Source: a virus (Duplodnaviria > Caudoviricetes). From it: a stretch of 25,087 nucleotides of DNA. The first letter of the stretch is position 1. Every line of letters starts with the position of its first letter. This document shows, piece after piece, positions 1 through 8,964 of the stretch. The translations under genes and the position numbers were made by a program. The DNA is taken from IMG/VR virus record IMGVR_UViG_3300037761_000253, positions 1 to 25,087 of that record. The stretch is one strand, 5' to 3'. The notes beneath the pieces were generated by a model that was given only the letters and a program-made list of their open reading frames with translations, was not told the DNA's origin and made no database searches.

Positions 1-534
1 AGAGATGACCTGATCGAGAAAGAACTCAAGCCCAAGCCTGCTCACGTCGGCCACAACAGCGGCGATAACGAGTGGTACACCCCGTCCGAGTACATCAAGG
101 CCGCCACCGCCGTCATGCAGGCGATCGACCTCGATCCGGCATCCAGCGCCACGGCCAACGAAGGCGTCGGCGCGCTCACGTACTACACCGCCGAAGACGA
201 CGGGCTGACGCAGCCCTGGTCGGGGCGCGTGTGGATGAACCCGCCCTATGCCCAGCCGCTCGTGGACCGCTTCTGCTCCCGGCTCGCCCGCGAATACACG
301 GACGGCGACGTGGACGAGGCATGCGTACTCGTCAACAACGCCACCGAAACCGCCTGGTTCCAGACGGTGGCAGCCCCGGCGTCCGCGATCTGCTTCCCGC
401 GCGGGCGAGTGAAGTTCTGGCATCCGGACAAGCAGGCCGTTCCGCTTCAAGGGCAGGCCGTGCTCTATCTCGGGGAGAACGTGGCCGCGTTCAAGCGCGA
501 GTTCCTGCCCTTCGGATTCGTGGCGGTGCTGTGA
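1..534 (+). CDS. Phage Dam-type DNA N6-adenine methyltransferase (5' end outside window)
   Basis: Frame is open from base 1 ([10 protein letters not shown]...NEWYTP...IDLDPASS...WMNPPY...ETAWFQ...FPRGRVKF). The EWYTP, DLDPAS and catalytic NPPY motifs are typical of phage Dam-family MTases. Confidence 0.88.
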   Translation, partial: RDDLIEKELKPKPAHVGHNSGDNEWYTPSEYIKAATAVMQAIDLDPASSATANEGVGALTYYTAEDDGLTQPWSGRVWMNPPYAQPLVDRFCSRLAREYTDGDVDEACVLVNNATETAWFQTVAAPASAICFPRGRVKFWHPDKQAVPLQGQAVLYLGENVAAFKREFLPFGFVAVL

Positions 535-962
535 TGGCGGACATCAGGAACTGGGCGGCATTCCTTCGGGGACGCTGGGACTGGACGAGCTTCGGGTACG
601 AGAGGGGCTTCCCTCGCGGATGCCAGATCACCGACGTTGATGCGGCCGTGGAGTTCGACGGGAACAGCCTGCTGATCGAGGCCAAGCAGTACGACGGAGA
701 GGGAGACCTCCCGGACGTTGGTTCCGGGCAGCGCTACTTCCTGCGGGACGAGGTGAAGCGCGGGAAGACGGTGTTCGTGCTGTGGGGTTGCGGAGTCTGC
801 AACGACCCGTATGCCGTCAAGCAGTTGGGGGCTACCGCTCGGGAGGATCGCTTCGAGGACTGGCGCGGGAATCCCAAGGCGTGGCGGCGGGCCCAGCTGA
901 AGCGCACGATCGATCAGGCTATGAGGCTTCCCTGCGGGGATGCTCAGCCGATTCGGCGGTGA
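534..962 (+). CDS. Putative PD-(D/E)XK-fold nuclease-like protein, 142 aa
   Basis: ATG overlaps the MTase stop (TGATG at 532-536). Contains TDVD..VEFDGNSLLIEAK (D...ExK) followed by a GQ helix and a hydrophobic strand (TVFVLWG). Confidence 0.55.
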   Translation: MADIRNWAAFLRGRWDWTSFGYERGFPRGCQITDVDAAVEFDGNSLLIEAKQYDGEGDLPDVGSGQRYFLRDEVKRGKTVFVLWGCGVCNDPYAVKQLGATAREDRFEDWRGNPKAWRRAQLKRTIDQAMRLPCGDAQPIRR

Positions 963-1020
963 AGGCCCCGCCGCCCGGTTTCGCGTGCACCGAATGCGAC
1001 ACCACCACCAAGGAGACCCC

Positions 1021-1224
1021 GTGAGTGCCCCGTTGAACCTGACCGCCGAGCAACTCCGCACGATCGCCGCAGCCCTCGACGAACTCACCGAAATCACGAA
1101 GCTGCGTGAGGTGTCGTTCACGCCTTCCGGCTTCCTCGAAATCGGGCTTGCCGACAACACGCTGAGCGTGACGCGGGACAGCGAGACCGGCGCGTACGTC
1201 ATCGACGACCGCAACGGCGACTAA
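1021..1224 (+). CDS. Hypothetical protein, 67 aa
   Basis: AAGGAG RBS then GTG; GC3-biased codons. Confidence 0.7.
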   Translation: MSAPLNLTAEQLRTIAAALDELTEITKLREVSFTPSGFLEIGLADNTLSVTRDSETGAYVIDDRNGD

Positions 1225-1234
1225 GGAGAAACCC

Positions 1235-1540
1235 GTGAGCACCTGTCCCACCGAACCCCCCGGCCCCCACGACTTCACCGTCGAAGCCTGCCCCCACTGC
1301 GACACCTTCCAGTGGCCCAGCCGCACAGACCAGCATGTCGCTACCGTCCACGCCGACCTGCCGCCCTGCACAGCCCGCCTCGACAACGAGTACGGCTCGT
1401 ACGCGTGCGTCCTCCGCGAAGGGCACAAGTCCGGCCACGGCCCCTACGGCTACTACCACGTCAGCGTCATCGGGCCGAACGGGCGCACCGTGTGGAACGA
1501 CACCGCCGGCGGCGCCACCCCGCACAAGGAGCAGCCGTGA
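1235..1540 (+). CDS. Hypothetical Cys/His-rich protein
   Basis: AAGGAG RBS; CPHC and C...CVLREGHKSGH motifs. Confidence 0.7.
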   Translation: MSTCPTEPPGPHDFTVEACPHCDTFQWPSRTDQHVATVHADLPPCTARLDNEYGSYACVLREGHKSGHGPYGYYHVSVIGPNGRTVWNDTAGGATPHKEQP

Positions 1541-1950
1541 GCAGCACCTACTACATCCTCTGCCTCTCCCACGATCCCGCGATCACCGTCAACGACCCCG
1601 GCTACAACCGGCCCGAGGAAGCCGAGGCCGCCATCACCGCCGGCATCAACGACCACGCCGACTGCGACCTCGTCATCGGCCGCTACTCGTACCCGCTCGT
1701 CGAACTCGGCTGCCCCGCCGCCCTGGGGCGTCCGAAGCACCTACGGCCGAGCGTGGTCACCTGCTACCACGGCGGCACCATGTGGATCGACCGGGACTGG
1801 TTGTGGATCCTCGCTGCCGCCTACCAGTCGCCGGACCCGGACATGCGGGCGGCGATTGAGAAGGGGCATCAGCAGCAGTGTCTGCCGTGGGAGCGGCTAC
1901 GGCGGTTGCGGAACGAACTCGACTTCACGATCAAGGAGACCGCCCCGTGA
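1537..1950 (+). CDS. Hypothetical protein
   Basis: GTGA start/stop coupling with RBS; VSSTYYILCLSHDPA... Confidence 0.72.
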   Translation: MSSTYYILCLSHDPAITVNDPGYNRPEEAEAAITAGINDHADCDLVIGRYSYPLVELGCPAALGRPKHLRPSVVTCYHGGTMWIDRDWLWILAAAYQSPDPDMRAAIEKGHQQQCLPWERLRRLRNELDFTIKETAP

Positions 1951-2336
1951 GCGTTGCCCACATCGTTGTCATCGTCGTCGCGGTGGCCGTCATCGCCCTC
2001 TGCACGTGGGCGGCTCCCCGCCGATACCACCTCCAGCGGTCGAAGTTTCAGCACCCCACGCCCCGAGTGCTCACTATCCCTGAGCCGCTCACGGAGGCGG
2101 AGTACGAGGCGATCAGGACGCGCTGGCTGGCCCTGTACGGCAGCAACACGAACGCGCACCTCGTGACGCCGCTCTGTGGGGAGCACGACGTCAACGAGTG
2201 GGCGTGCGTCATCAACCCGCGCACCGGGCGTATGGAGCACTTCAAGCGGGCGTGGACCGGCTGCCGGGTCGACTTCGCGGGGAGTTCGTGCGACGGCGCG
2301 AAGGATCCGCTGGGAGAGGAGCGACCCGATGCGTGA
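1947..2336 (+). CDS. Hypothetical protein with N-terminal transmembrane segment
   Basis: GTGA coupling; IVVIVVAVAVIALC hydrophobic stretch. Confidence 0.65.
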   Translation: MSVAHIVVIVVAVAVIALCTWAAPRRYHLQRSKFQHPTPRVLTIPEPLTEAEYEAIRTRWLALYGSNTNAHLVTPLCGEHDVNEWACVINPRTGRMEHFKRAWTGCRVDFAGSSCDGAKDPLGEERPDA

Positions 2337-2517
2337 CCATCTGCGCCCGGTGCGCCTGTTCGGCCGGAACTACTACTGGCACCACGAGCGCGGCCAGCCG
2401 CTGGAGTTGCTGCCCGCACCGTGGCCCGACCCGCCCGAGATACGGCCGGAGGACCTGTACTCGGAGTTGGTCCGCCTGTACGCCCGCCCGCTCCCACAAC
2501 CCGAGGAGACCACTTGA
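2329..2517 (+). CDS. Hypothetical protein, 62 aa
   Basis: GAGGAG RBS, ATG at 2329; MRDHLRPVRLFGRNYYW... Confidence 0.6.
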   Translation: MRDHLRPVRLFGRNYYWHHERGQPLELLPAPWPDPPEIRPEDLYSELVRLYARPLPQPEETT

Positions 2518-2957
2518 CCGCCGAACAGAGCACACGGCACCCCAAGGCCGGCGAGACATGGCACCCCGTAGACGACCCCGAAGACACAGCCATCATCACC
2601 AGAGTGGAAGGAGACAACGTCTACTGGACAGCACCCGCAGACACCACCCGCGACCGCCCCCAGGACAGGGGGTGGGCCACACGCATCGACGACTTCACCC
2701 ACTACTTCATCCCACCCCCGGCGACGCCCACGAGCAGACAGCGGCCGACCGCCCCCGACCTCACGACCGGCACCCGAGGCGAATACAACGAGTGGGTCAT
2801 CGAGACGAAGCTCGGCCGCCGGCTTGCCGTGTGCGTCGACCGCAGCCCGTACCGGGAGGACGCGCGCCAGCGGTTGGAGGAGTTGCGGGCTGAGCGTCCG
2901 GGGTTGGTGTTCCGGGCGGTTCGGGAGACGAGCACGCGTACCGAGGAGGACTGGTGA
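2514..2957 (+). CDS. Hypothetical protein
   Basis: GAGGAG RBS and TTGA coupling. Confidence 0.6.
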   Translation: MTAEQSTRHPKAGETWHPVDDPEDTAIITRVEGDNVYWTAPADTTRDRPQDRGWATRIDDFTHYFIPPPATPTSRQRPTAPDLTTGTRGEYNEWVIETKLGRRLAVCVDRSPYREDARQRLEELRAERPGLVFRAVRETSTRTEEDW

Positions 2958-3628
2958 TGCCTGACCTGCATGGCTGGATCACCCAGCAGATCGACGACCG
3001 TGAGCGCCTCGCCCGCAGGGCCGCCGCCCTGTGCGGCTGTCACCCGTCCGCCCCGGTCTGGTCGTTCCATGACGGCGACGAGCCGACCGACGGGCGCATC
3101 CTGGTCGTCGATGATCCGCATCCGTCCTTGCGGCGGAGGATCAGCCGCAAGTGGAGCACGACGTACGAGGGCCTGTTCATGGCCGAGCACATCGTGGCCA
3201 ACGACCCGCACGCAGTGCTGCGGCGGTGTGCCGCCGACCGGAAGATCCTCGCCGAGCACCGGCCCCAAGGCGGCGGCTACCCATCCCACTACGCCTGCGA
3301 AGGCTGTGGCTACGACGGCAGCTACTGCCCCGAACCGAACACCGACCACGTCAACGACTGCCCGACGCTGCTCGCCCTGGCGGAGGGGTACGGGCTCACC
3401 GAGGAGCAGCGCGCCGCGCTGGACCGGCCGGAGCCTGAGCGGCCCACGCCGACCGGGCCAAGCCTCATCCCTGACGGGCTCGCTGAGGCCATGTACGGCA
3501 ACCTGTACGCCTTCGCCCTCGGTGTACGGGAGGTCGAGCGGCGCCCGGAGGTGAAGGCGATGGAGATCCTGGACCCGGAGTTGAAGAAGATCCCCGGCTA
3601 CCTGCCCACCAGCGAGGAGCAGCCGTAA
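2954..3628 (+). CDS. DUF6221-like actinobacterial/phage protein
   Basis: AEHIVANDPHAVLRRCAADRKILAEH...CPTLLALAEGY resembles the DUF6221 pattern; GTGA/ATG coupling. Confidence 0.7.
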   Translation: MMPDLHGWITQQIDDRERLARRAAALCGCHPSAPVWSFHDGDEPTDGRILVVDDPHPSLRRRISRKWSTTYEGLFMAEHIVANDPHAVLRRCAADRKILAEHRPQGGGYPSHYACEGCGYDGSYCPEPNTDHVNDCPTLLALAEGYGLTEEQRAALDRPEPERPTPTGPSLIPDGLAEAMYGNLYAFALGVREVERRPEVKAMEILDPELKKIPGYLPTSEEQP

Positions 3629-3951
3629 TGGCCCACACCGCCACTCTCCGCCTCAAAGTCGACGCCGACACCACAGCTGCCGGGGAACTCGTGCCCCGAC
3701 TCAGGACCGCCATCGACGACGCTCTGACCACGGCTCGCAAGATGGGCGTGGACGACCTGGCGGGCGCTGCGGCCTACGCGGTCATGGTGGAGATCCTTCA
3801 GGTTCGGCAGGCGACGCCTGCTGAGGTTGCCGTCGATCGTGTTCGTGAACTCCACCGGAACGAGTACGAGTCGTGTGTGGAGTGCACCCACGAGTTTGGG
3901 GTGTCGTGGCCGTGCCCGACCGTCCGCGCGCTCGACGGGGAGCAGCCGTGA
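3628..3951 (+). CDS. Hypothetical protein with C-terminal H..CxxC..WPC module
   Basis: TAATG coupling; RVRELH...CVEC...WPCPTVRAL. Confidence 0.72.
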   Translation: MAHTATLRLKVDADTTAAGELVPRLRTAIDDALTTARKMGVDDLAGAAAYAVMVEILQVRQATPAEVAVDRVRELHRNEYESCVECTHEFGVSWPCPTVRALDGEQP

Positions 3952-4229
3952 CCATGCCGCTTCAGCTCGTCGTCGAGACGTGCTGCGCCTGCCCCAATCA
4001 GTGGGACGCCTGGACCACCGACGGCCAGTACTACTACCTGCGCTACCGATCGGGCATCGGCACCGTCGACGCCTACGACGCACCCGGCCCCGACGGATGG
4101 ACTATGCCGCCAGACGGGTCCGTGGCCCGCTTCGAAGACGACGATGAGCCGCCCGCGATCGATATCGGGCTGGATGAGTTCCTGCATCGGACGGGGCTGT
4201 CGCTCTCAGCGTATGCGGTGGTGAGGTGA
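3948..4229 (+). CDS. Hypothetical phage protein
   Basis: GTGA coupling; TCCACPNQWDAWTTDGQYYYLRYRSG. Confidence 0.7.
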   Translation: MTMPLQLVVETCCACPNQWDAWTTDGQYYYLRYRSGIGTVDAYDAPGPDGWTMPPDGSVARFEDDDEPPAIDIGLDEFLHRTGLSLSAYAVVR

Positions 4230-4381
4230 GCGGCTGGTCGTGGCAGGACGTCATCCTGTACGGGCCCGGCTGGGCCGCCTGCCTGATGCTCCCGCTCGGA
4301 CCGCTCGTCGACCGCTGGCTCGAACGCCGCTTCCAACGGCAGTACCGGGAGCGGTGGGGCGTCGACTACGACGGGCCGTGA
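4226..4381 (+). CDS. Small putative membrane protein, 51 aa (not in ORF track)
   Basis: GTGA coupling; VSGWSWQDVILYGPGWAACLMLPLGPLVDRWLERRFQRQYRERWGVDYDGP; stops 3 bp from the portal stop. Confidence 0.5.
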   Translation: MSGWSWQDVILYGPGWAACLMLPLGPLVDRWLERRFQRQYRERWGVDYDGP

Positions 4382-4384
4382 CCG

Positions 4385-6523
4385 CTACTCCCAGACCGCG
4401 ACGAACGTGCCCCTGCATCGGACGCCGCCCTCGCACCGCAGATAGCCGCCCGCACCATACGCAGCCCGCACCGCATCCAAATCGTCGAACTCCGTACCGT
4501 CGATCTCCGAACACGGGTCACACACCCGGCTGTCGTTCTTCTCGCTCGCGAAATACCGGGCAGTCGGCGCCACAGCCAACGTCGCGATCCGGCCCGCGTT
4601 CTGCGCCCGATGCAACGCACCACCAAGCTGGTCACGGCGGAACCAGTTCTTCAACCCGCGCAGGAACCCGCCCACCCGCTCAGCAACCTCACGCCCCACC
4701 ACACCCGGCGTCAACAACCTGAGCGCCTCACGACCCGCAGACCCCGCCACATCCGCCGCCAACAGCCCGGCAGTCGCCGCAGCAATCTCCACCAACTCCG
4801 ACCCGAACGCATTCGTAAGCGACCGACTCAAACGCGGCGGCTTCACCTTCACACCCTGCTCCGCAGCCTCCGCAGCCATCTGCACGGCAGCCGTCTTCGC
4901 CATATCCGCAAGCGCACCACGCAGCACCCTCGCCGCAGCATCCGAGTCCACGCTCAGATCAGCGAGCGCCTCAGCGTCACCCGCATCCACCGCGGTCTCG
5001 ATCTGTACGGCGAGCGCCTCAACCTGCGCCTCCGCAACCGGCTCCCACGCCTCCAACAACCCGGCGAGCGCCTCCTCGAACTGCTCGCGCACCGCGTCCA
5101 ACGCATCGTCATCAGCCTGCGCACGCACCCGGCCGCGCTCCAACACCCGGTTGTACGACGGCTGCCGCGCAGGCAACGCGAACGGAACATGGTGATGCAA
5201 ATCCAACCGGGCCGCCGCCGGCTGCACAGGCACAGCGGCGACCGCGGGAGCAGGCGCAGCCAGCTCCGGGACATCGAAACCCAGCAGCGGCAGAATCATC
5301 GGCGCCGTCGACGGAGCACCCGTCACAATCCGCACCAACAGATCCCGGTCCGCATCCCCAGCAAACTCAGGCAAGTCGAGATACTCGGCAACCAGAAGCG
5401 GGTCGGCGCCGGACTCGACGAACTGGGCGTAAGCCGCTGCCTTCGCGGTGAGCTCCTCATTCCGCGCGGCAGCATCCGGGGGTACCGGATCGCAGTAGTC
5501 GAACTCCAGAAGCCGTGTCGCGTCCTTGCCGTACAGCGGCAGCAGATCATTGTTCAGGGCCTGCTTGAAACGCTCCAGTCGCGGCACCGTCAACTGCTCA
5601 GCGAACAGGACCTTCGACGCTTCAGCGGTCGCCCGGTTGACATCACCGACCTCACCCAGCACAAACGCGGGCGCACCAAACGCTTCGCGGATCACGTCAC
5701 GGGACACCGACCGAAGCTCAGCGAACTGCATGTCCCGCTGCGTGTACTTGCGGTCCTTCCACTGCCCGTGCTCGATGAACGCGACGCGGTGGGCGTTGGC
5801 GACACCCTTGTGCTGCTCGTTCCAGCGGGCCTGCAACTGGTCCCATTCGGGGTCGGACAGGACGGAGGGAAGTTCGATGATCCCGCCGGGCTCCGCACTG
5901 TTCATGAAAAAGTTGCGGTTCCACTCCGCGCTGTACCTGCTCGCGTCGAGTTCCGTGAGGATCGACTGCACCGGCCCCATACCCCGATACGGGTCCAGCG
6001 GGTTGGGCATGCGGATCTGAATGACGTCCTCGGTACGGAGGGCGATCTCCTGCCCGTCCGGGCCCGTGTACAGGTAGCCGGAGATGAAATCGACCGGGTG
6101 CGGCACCGGCTGGATACGGTCCGGGCGCACCGGCCACAACTCCAGCGGCAGCGACGAGCGCGGACTGTGAGCGATGACGATCCAGCCCTCACCAGTCAGG
6201 TCGATGTGCTGCTGCTCCGACTCCACCAGCTCCTGGCGGGTGAAGAACTTGTTCGGCTTGTTCCACAGGTCGAGGGCGGCGTGCTGAGTGACCTCGATGC
6301 GGTCTTCCGGCTTCCCCGAGGCGGCCTTCCTGTACAGCTTCCAGTCGACGAGCGCCGTCGCATTGCTGGTGCGGTTGACGATCGAGAACAGTGTTCCCAC
6401 CGTGCCCATTGCCCGCATCTGCGCCTCAGCACCGGACGGGGCCCGCCATGGAATCGACAGCCCGCCACGCGACGACACATACGGCACCGGCGTCTTATTC
6501 CTCAACGCACGCAGAGACCTCAC
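4385..6523 (-). CDS. Phage portal protein (HK97-like) fused to a C-terminal MuF/gp7-like minor head domain, 712 aa
   Basis: GTG at 6523 after AAGGAGG. Portal motifs DLTGEGWI..ELWPVRPDRI, DVIQIRMPNPLDPYRGMGP, NFFMNSAEPGGII, DMQFAELR..IREAFGAP. C-terminus NDSRVCDPC...RCRGTFV. Lies downstream of the terminase. Confidence 0.9.
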   Translation of the reverse strand: MRSLRALRNKTPVPYVSSRGGLSIPWRAPSGAEAQMRAMGTVGTLFSIVNRTSNATALVDWKLYRKAASGKPEDRIEVTQHAALDLWNKPNKFFTRQELVESEQQHIDLTGEGWIVIAHSPRSSLPLELWPVRPDRIQPVPHPVDFISGYLYTGPDGQEIALRTEDVIQIRMPNPLDPYRGMGPVQSILTELDASRYSAEWNRNFFMNSAEPGGIIELPSVLSDPEWDQLQARWNEQHKGVANAHRVAFIEHGQWKDRKYTQRDMQFAELRSVSRDVIREAFGAPAFVLGEVGDVNRATAEASKVLFAEQLTVPRLERFKQALNNDLLPLYGKDATRLLEFDYCDPVPPDAAARNEELTAKAAAYAQFVESGADPLLVAEYLDLPEFAGDADRDLLVRIVTGAPSTAPMILPLLGFDVPELAAPAPAVAAVPVQPAAARLDLHHHVPFALPARQPSYNRVLERGRVRAQADDDALDAVREQFEEALAGLLEAWEPVAEAQVEALAVQIETAVDAGDAEALADLSVDSDAAARVLRGALADMAKTAAVQMAAEAAEQGVKVKPPRLSRSLTNAFGSELVEIAAATAGLLAADVAGSAGREALRLLTPGVVGREVAERVGGFLRGLKNWFRRDQLGGALHRAQNAGRIATLAVAPTARYFASEKNDSRVCDPCSEIDGTEFDDLDAVRAAYGAGGYLRCEGGVRCRGTFVAVWE

Positions 6524-6738
6524 CGGGTCACCTCCTTCTCCGACAGGACACCCATCAGCAGAAACGAGGCACACGCCCCAGCAAGGCCCGCACCCACACC
6601 CCAAGTAACCCACGCGGACGCGGTACCGCACGCGAACCCGGCAGTCGTGAACAGGCCGGCACGGGCCTCGGACGCTACAGCCGCGGCCTTGGCGAGGCGG
6701 GCGCGGACGGCGGCGAGTGTGGCGGCTGTCTGTTTCAC
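6520..6738 (-). CDS. Small membrane protein between terminase and portal
   Basis: GGGAGG RBS; two hydrophobic segments; GTGA coupling to the portal. Confidence 0.65.
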   Translation of the reverse strand: MKQTAATLAAVRARLAKAAAVASEARAGLFTTAGFACGTASAWVTWGVGAGLAGACASFLLMGVLSEKEVTR

Positions 6739-6812
6739 GCCGGCCTCCCAAATTCGGTTCGACTACCTGGCATTGTCCACGCACCCGCGCTACCGGGGCC
6801 AGCAGCGGGCAA

Positions 6813-8336
6813 TCACAGCCAACGCACCCGCGTCTTCGGTCCCGCATGAAACGCCAAAAGGAGCGCGTCCGCATTGTCCGGAGACCGGCCGATCCGCTTC
6901 TTCGTCTCGTCTTTCGGCTCCACCACAGTCCGCCCCGCGCTGTCCGTCGTGTACTTCGGGGCCGTCAACTGCGACACCAACCGCTCCCGATCCTTCTCCT
7001 CCAGCCCGGACATGTCCCACGCCAGATCCTCCGACAGCTGCCGGCCGACCTCCCACCACAGCTGAGACCGCAGATTCTTGAACCGGGCCGGATCCGACGA
7101 CGACTCCGACACGTTCACCCCCACCACCTGCGCCCGGTGCAAGCCCTGCGACTGCTTCTCCCGCAGTGAGCCGACCACACCCCACCCGATGCCGATCGCA
7201 TCCACCTTCACGATCGCGGCCTGAGACTGGTTGATCGCCTCAACGATCCGGGCCACAGACCTCACCGGGTCCCGCTCGCGGAACCGCCACTCCCGGCCCA
7301 CCACCACACCACGCCGCTCCCGGATCACCGTCTCGTCACCGCCGGCGCCCATGTCGATCCCGAGTTCCACCGGAACGAGCTGGCCCGGCTGCCACGGGAT
7401 GTCACGGGGCCGGCAGCAGGCGCGGACCTTCGACAAGCGCACCACGCCATCCTCAGCATCGTCGGGGAACTCACCGAGCACCTTGGAGATGTAGGTGGGC
7501 GACTCCTCCCCGTATTCCTGCCGCATCTCCTCCACGTAGGAGCGGGAGACGAGCATCTCCCGCAGTTCGTCGGGCACGGCTTCGCCGGTGAAGTTGGGGG
7601 TGTCGAACGCGGAGATTTTGATGGTGTTCCAGCGTCCGCTCCCGCAGACGCGAGCGAACTCGGTGCCGGGGTCGTCGGGGTTGCCGATGGCGAGGAGGCG
7701 GCAGTGCTCGCCGGTGGCGATGGCGCGCGCGGCGGTCCAGAACTGCTTGTTCACGCCGCAGGCTTCGTCGAGGATGACGAGGACGTACTTGGCGTGGATG
7801 CCCTGGAAGGCGTGCGGGTTGTAGTCGGACGGTTTGCGGCCGAACGCGATCAGCCGTTTCCCCAGCTTCCAGTCTGTTTCGTTGATCCGGCCCAGGAACG
7901 GCCGGCCCCGCGCTTCCGCTTTCGTGAACGCCCCGTTGATCTCCGACCACAGGATCGCCTTGACTTGATCGCCCGTTGGCGCGGTCGTCACCACCCGCGC
8001 CTCACCCGGCGGATGAATGTCCAGCCACCACGCGACGAGCTGTGCGGCGAGGAAGCTCTTGCCGACACCGTGGCAGGACTGCACGGCGGTCTGCCGGTGG
8101 TCGCGTACCGACTCGGCGATCTGCACCTGCTTCGACCACAGGTGCACGCCCAGTCTCTCCGACGCCCAGCGGGCGGGCTGTGTGCCGTACGCGGTGGCGC
8201 GGCTGGCGAACTCGCGCTCGTCGACGGCGCCCTGTAGTTGGTCCCGCAGATCCTTCAGTTGGCGGGTGTCGCCTGCGCGTACGAGCTGGCCGACTTGGGC
8301 GCGGATCCGCGCGACGTCATCCGTCGGTGCTGTCAT
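6813..8336 (-). CDS. terL: Terminase large subunit
   Basis: Walker A SCHGVGKS, TAPT, Walker B LVILDEA, IGNP coupling motif, RNase H-like GIDMG, VDAIGIG and SPDNADAL. Confidence 0.93.
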   Translation of the reverse strand: MTAPTDDVARIRAQVGQLVRAGDTRQLKDLRDQLQGAVDEREFASRATAYGTQPARWASERLGVHLWSKQVQIAESVRDHRQTAVQSCHGVGKSFLAAQLVAWWLDIHPPGEARVVTTAPTGDQVKAILWSEINGAFTKAEARGRPFLGRINETDWKLGKRLIAFGRKPSDYNPHAFQGIHAKYVLVILDEACGVNKQFWTAARAIATGEHCRLLAIGNPDDPGTEFARVCGSGRWNTIKISAFDTPNFTGEAVPDELREMLVSRSYVEEMRQEYGEESPTYISKVLGEFPDDAEDGVVRLSKVRACCRPRDIPWQPGQLVPVELGIDMGAGGDETVIRERRGVVVGREWRFRERDPVRSVARIVEAINQSQAAIVKVDAIGIGWGVVGSLREKQSQGLHRAQVVGVNVSESSSDPARFKNLRSQLWWEVGRQLSEDLAWDMSGLEEKDRERLVSQLTAPKYTTDSAGRTVVEPKDETKKRIGRSPDNADALLLAFHAGPKTRVRWL

Positions 8337-8829
8337 TGCCGACGGCGCGGTCGAGGAGGCTGATGATCTCGTCGCCGAGCTGCTGCGCGTCGACGCTCAC
8401 GCGGGAGGGTGCGTCGAGGCCGGTGAGTTTCCGGAAGCTTTCGAGGCTGGCCCTCGCTTCGCGGATCGCGGCGAGTTTGGGCCCGTTGTCCTTGAGTGGC
8501 TGGCCGTCTGCGCCGGTGATGATCCTGCCGTGGGAGACGACGACGTGGTCCGCTTCGAGGACTTCGAGGGCGGCTTCGTAGAGGGTTTCCAGGCGTTCCA
8601 TGTGGAGGGCGAGGAGCTGTTCGGCTGGCCCTTGGACGATTTCGCGGAGGGCGCGGCGGATTGCTTTGCGGCAGGTGCTCTTGTCGCCGTAGCCGAGCTC
8701 GTTGGCGATGGCTTCGAAGGTCCATCCTTCGGCGCGGAGTTCCGCGGCTTGGGCGTCGCGCTTGGCAGTTTCGGGGGTGCGAATGTATTGGCCTTTGCCG
8801 CTGCGGGCGTGTTGGTTGGGGTTGGTCAT
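8317..8829 (-). CDS. Probable terminase small subunit (N-terminal HTH)
   Basis: Overlaps the terL start; AAELRAEGWTFEAIANELGY HTH; RKLTGLDAP tail. Confidence 0.7.
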   Translation of the reverse strand: MTNPNQHARSGKGQYIRTPETAKRDAQAAELRAEGWTFEAIANELGYGDKSTCRKAIRRALREIVQGPAEQLLALHMERLETLYEAALEVLEADHVVVSHGRIITGADGQPLKDNGPKLAAIREARASLESFRKLTGLDAPSRVSVDAQQLGDEIISLLDRAVGNDSTDG

Positions 8830-8910
8830 GTTGCCCGCCTCTCGCGTTGTTACCTGGTGGTGTGGTCTGATGGTAACGGCGGCGTGCAACTGGTGGACGG
8901 GTGTGCGCAG

Positions 8911-8950
8911 CGAAGGCCCGCTCCCGATGGGCGTCGGGGGCGGGCCTTCG
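8911..8950. terminator. GC-rich hairpin (intrinsic-terminator-like)
   Basis: CGAAGGCCCGCTCCCGA / TCGGGGGCGGGCCTTCG just downstream of 8965..9855. Confidence 0.65.
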
Positions 8951-8964
8951 TCATGCCGTGAGGG

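Noticed and set aside
72-530. N-terminal half of the 296-aa ORF
   Set aside because: Alternative frame of the MTase; the real gene starts at the TGATG junction (534).
959-1024. 21-aa micro-ORF VKAPPPGFACTECDTTTKETP
   Set aside because: Coupled at both ends but too short to support; possibly a gene remnant.
6524-6874. N-terminal 117 aa of the 829-aa portal ORF call
   Set aside because: Overlaps terL and the membrane gene; the RBS-supported start is GTG 6523.
4610-7081. 823-aa plus-strand ORF
   Set aside because: Antisense shadow of portal/terL in high-GC DNA; Arg/His-rich with no motifs.
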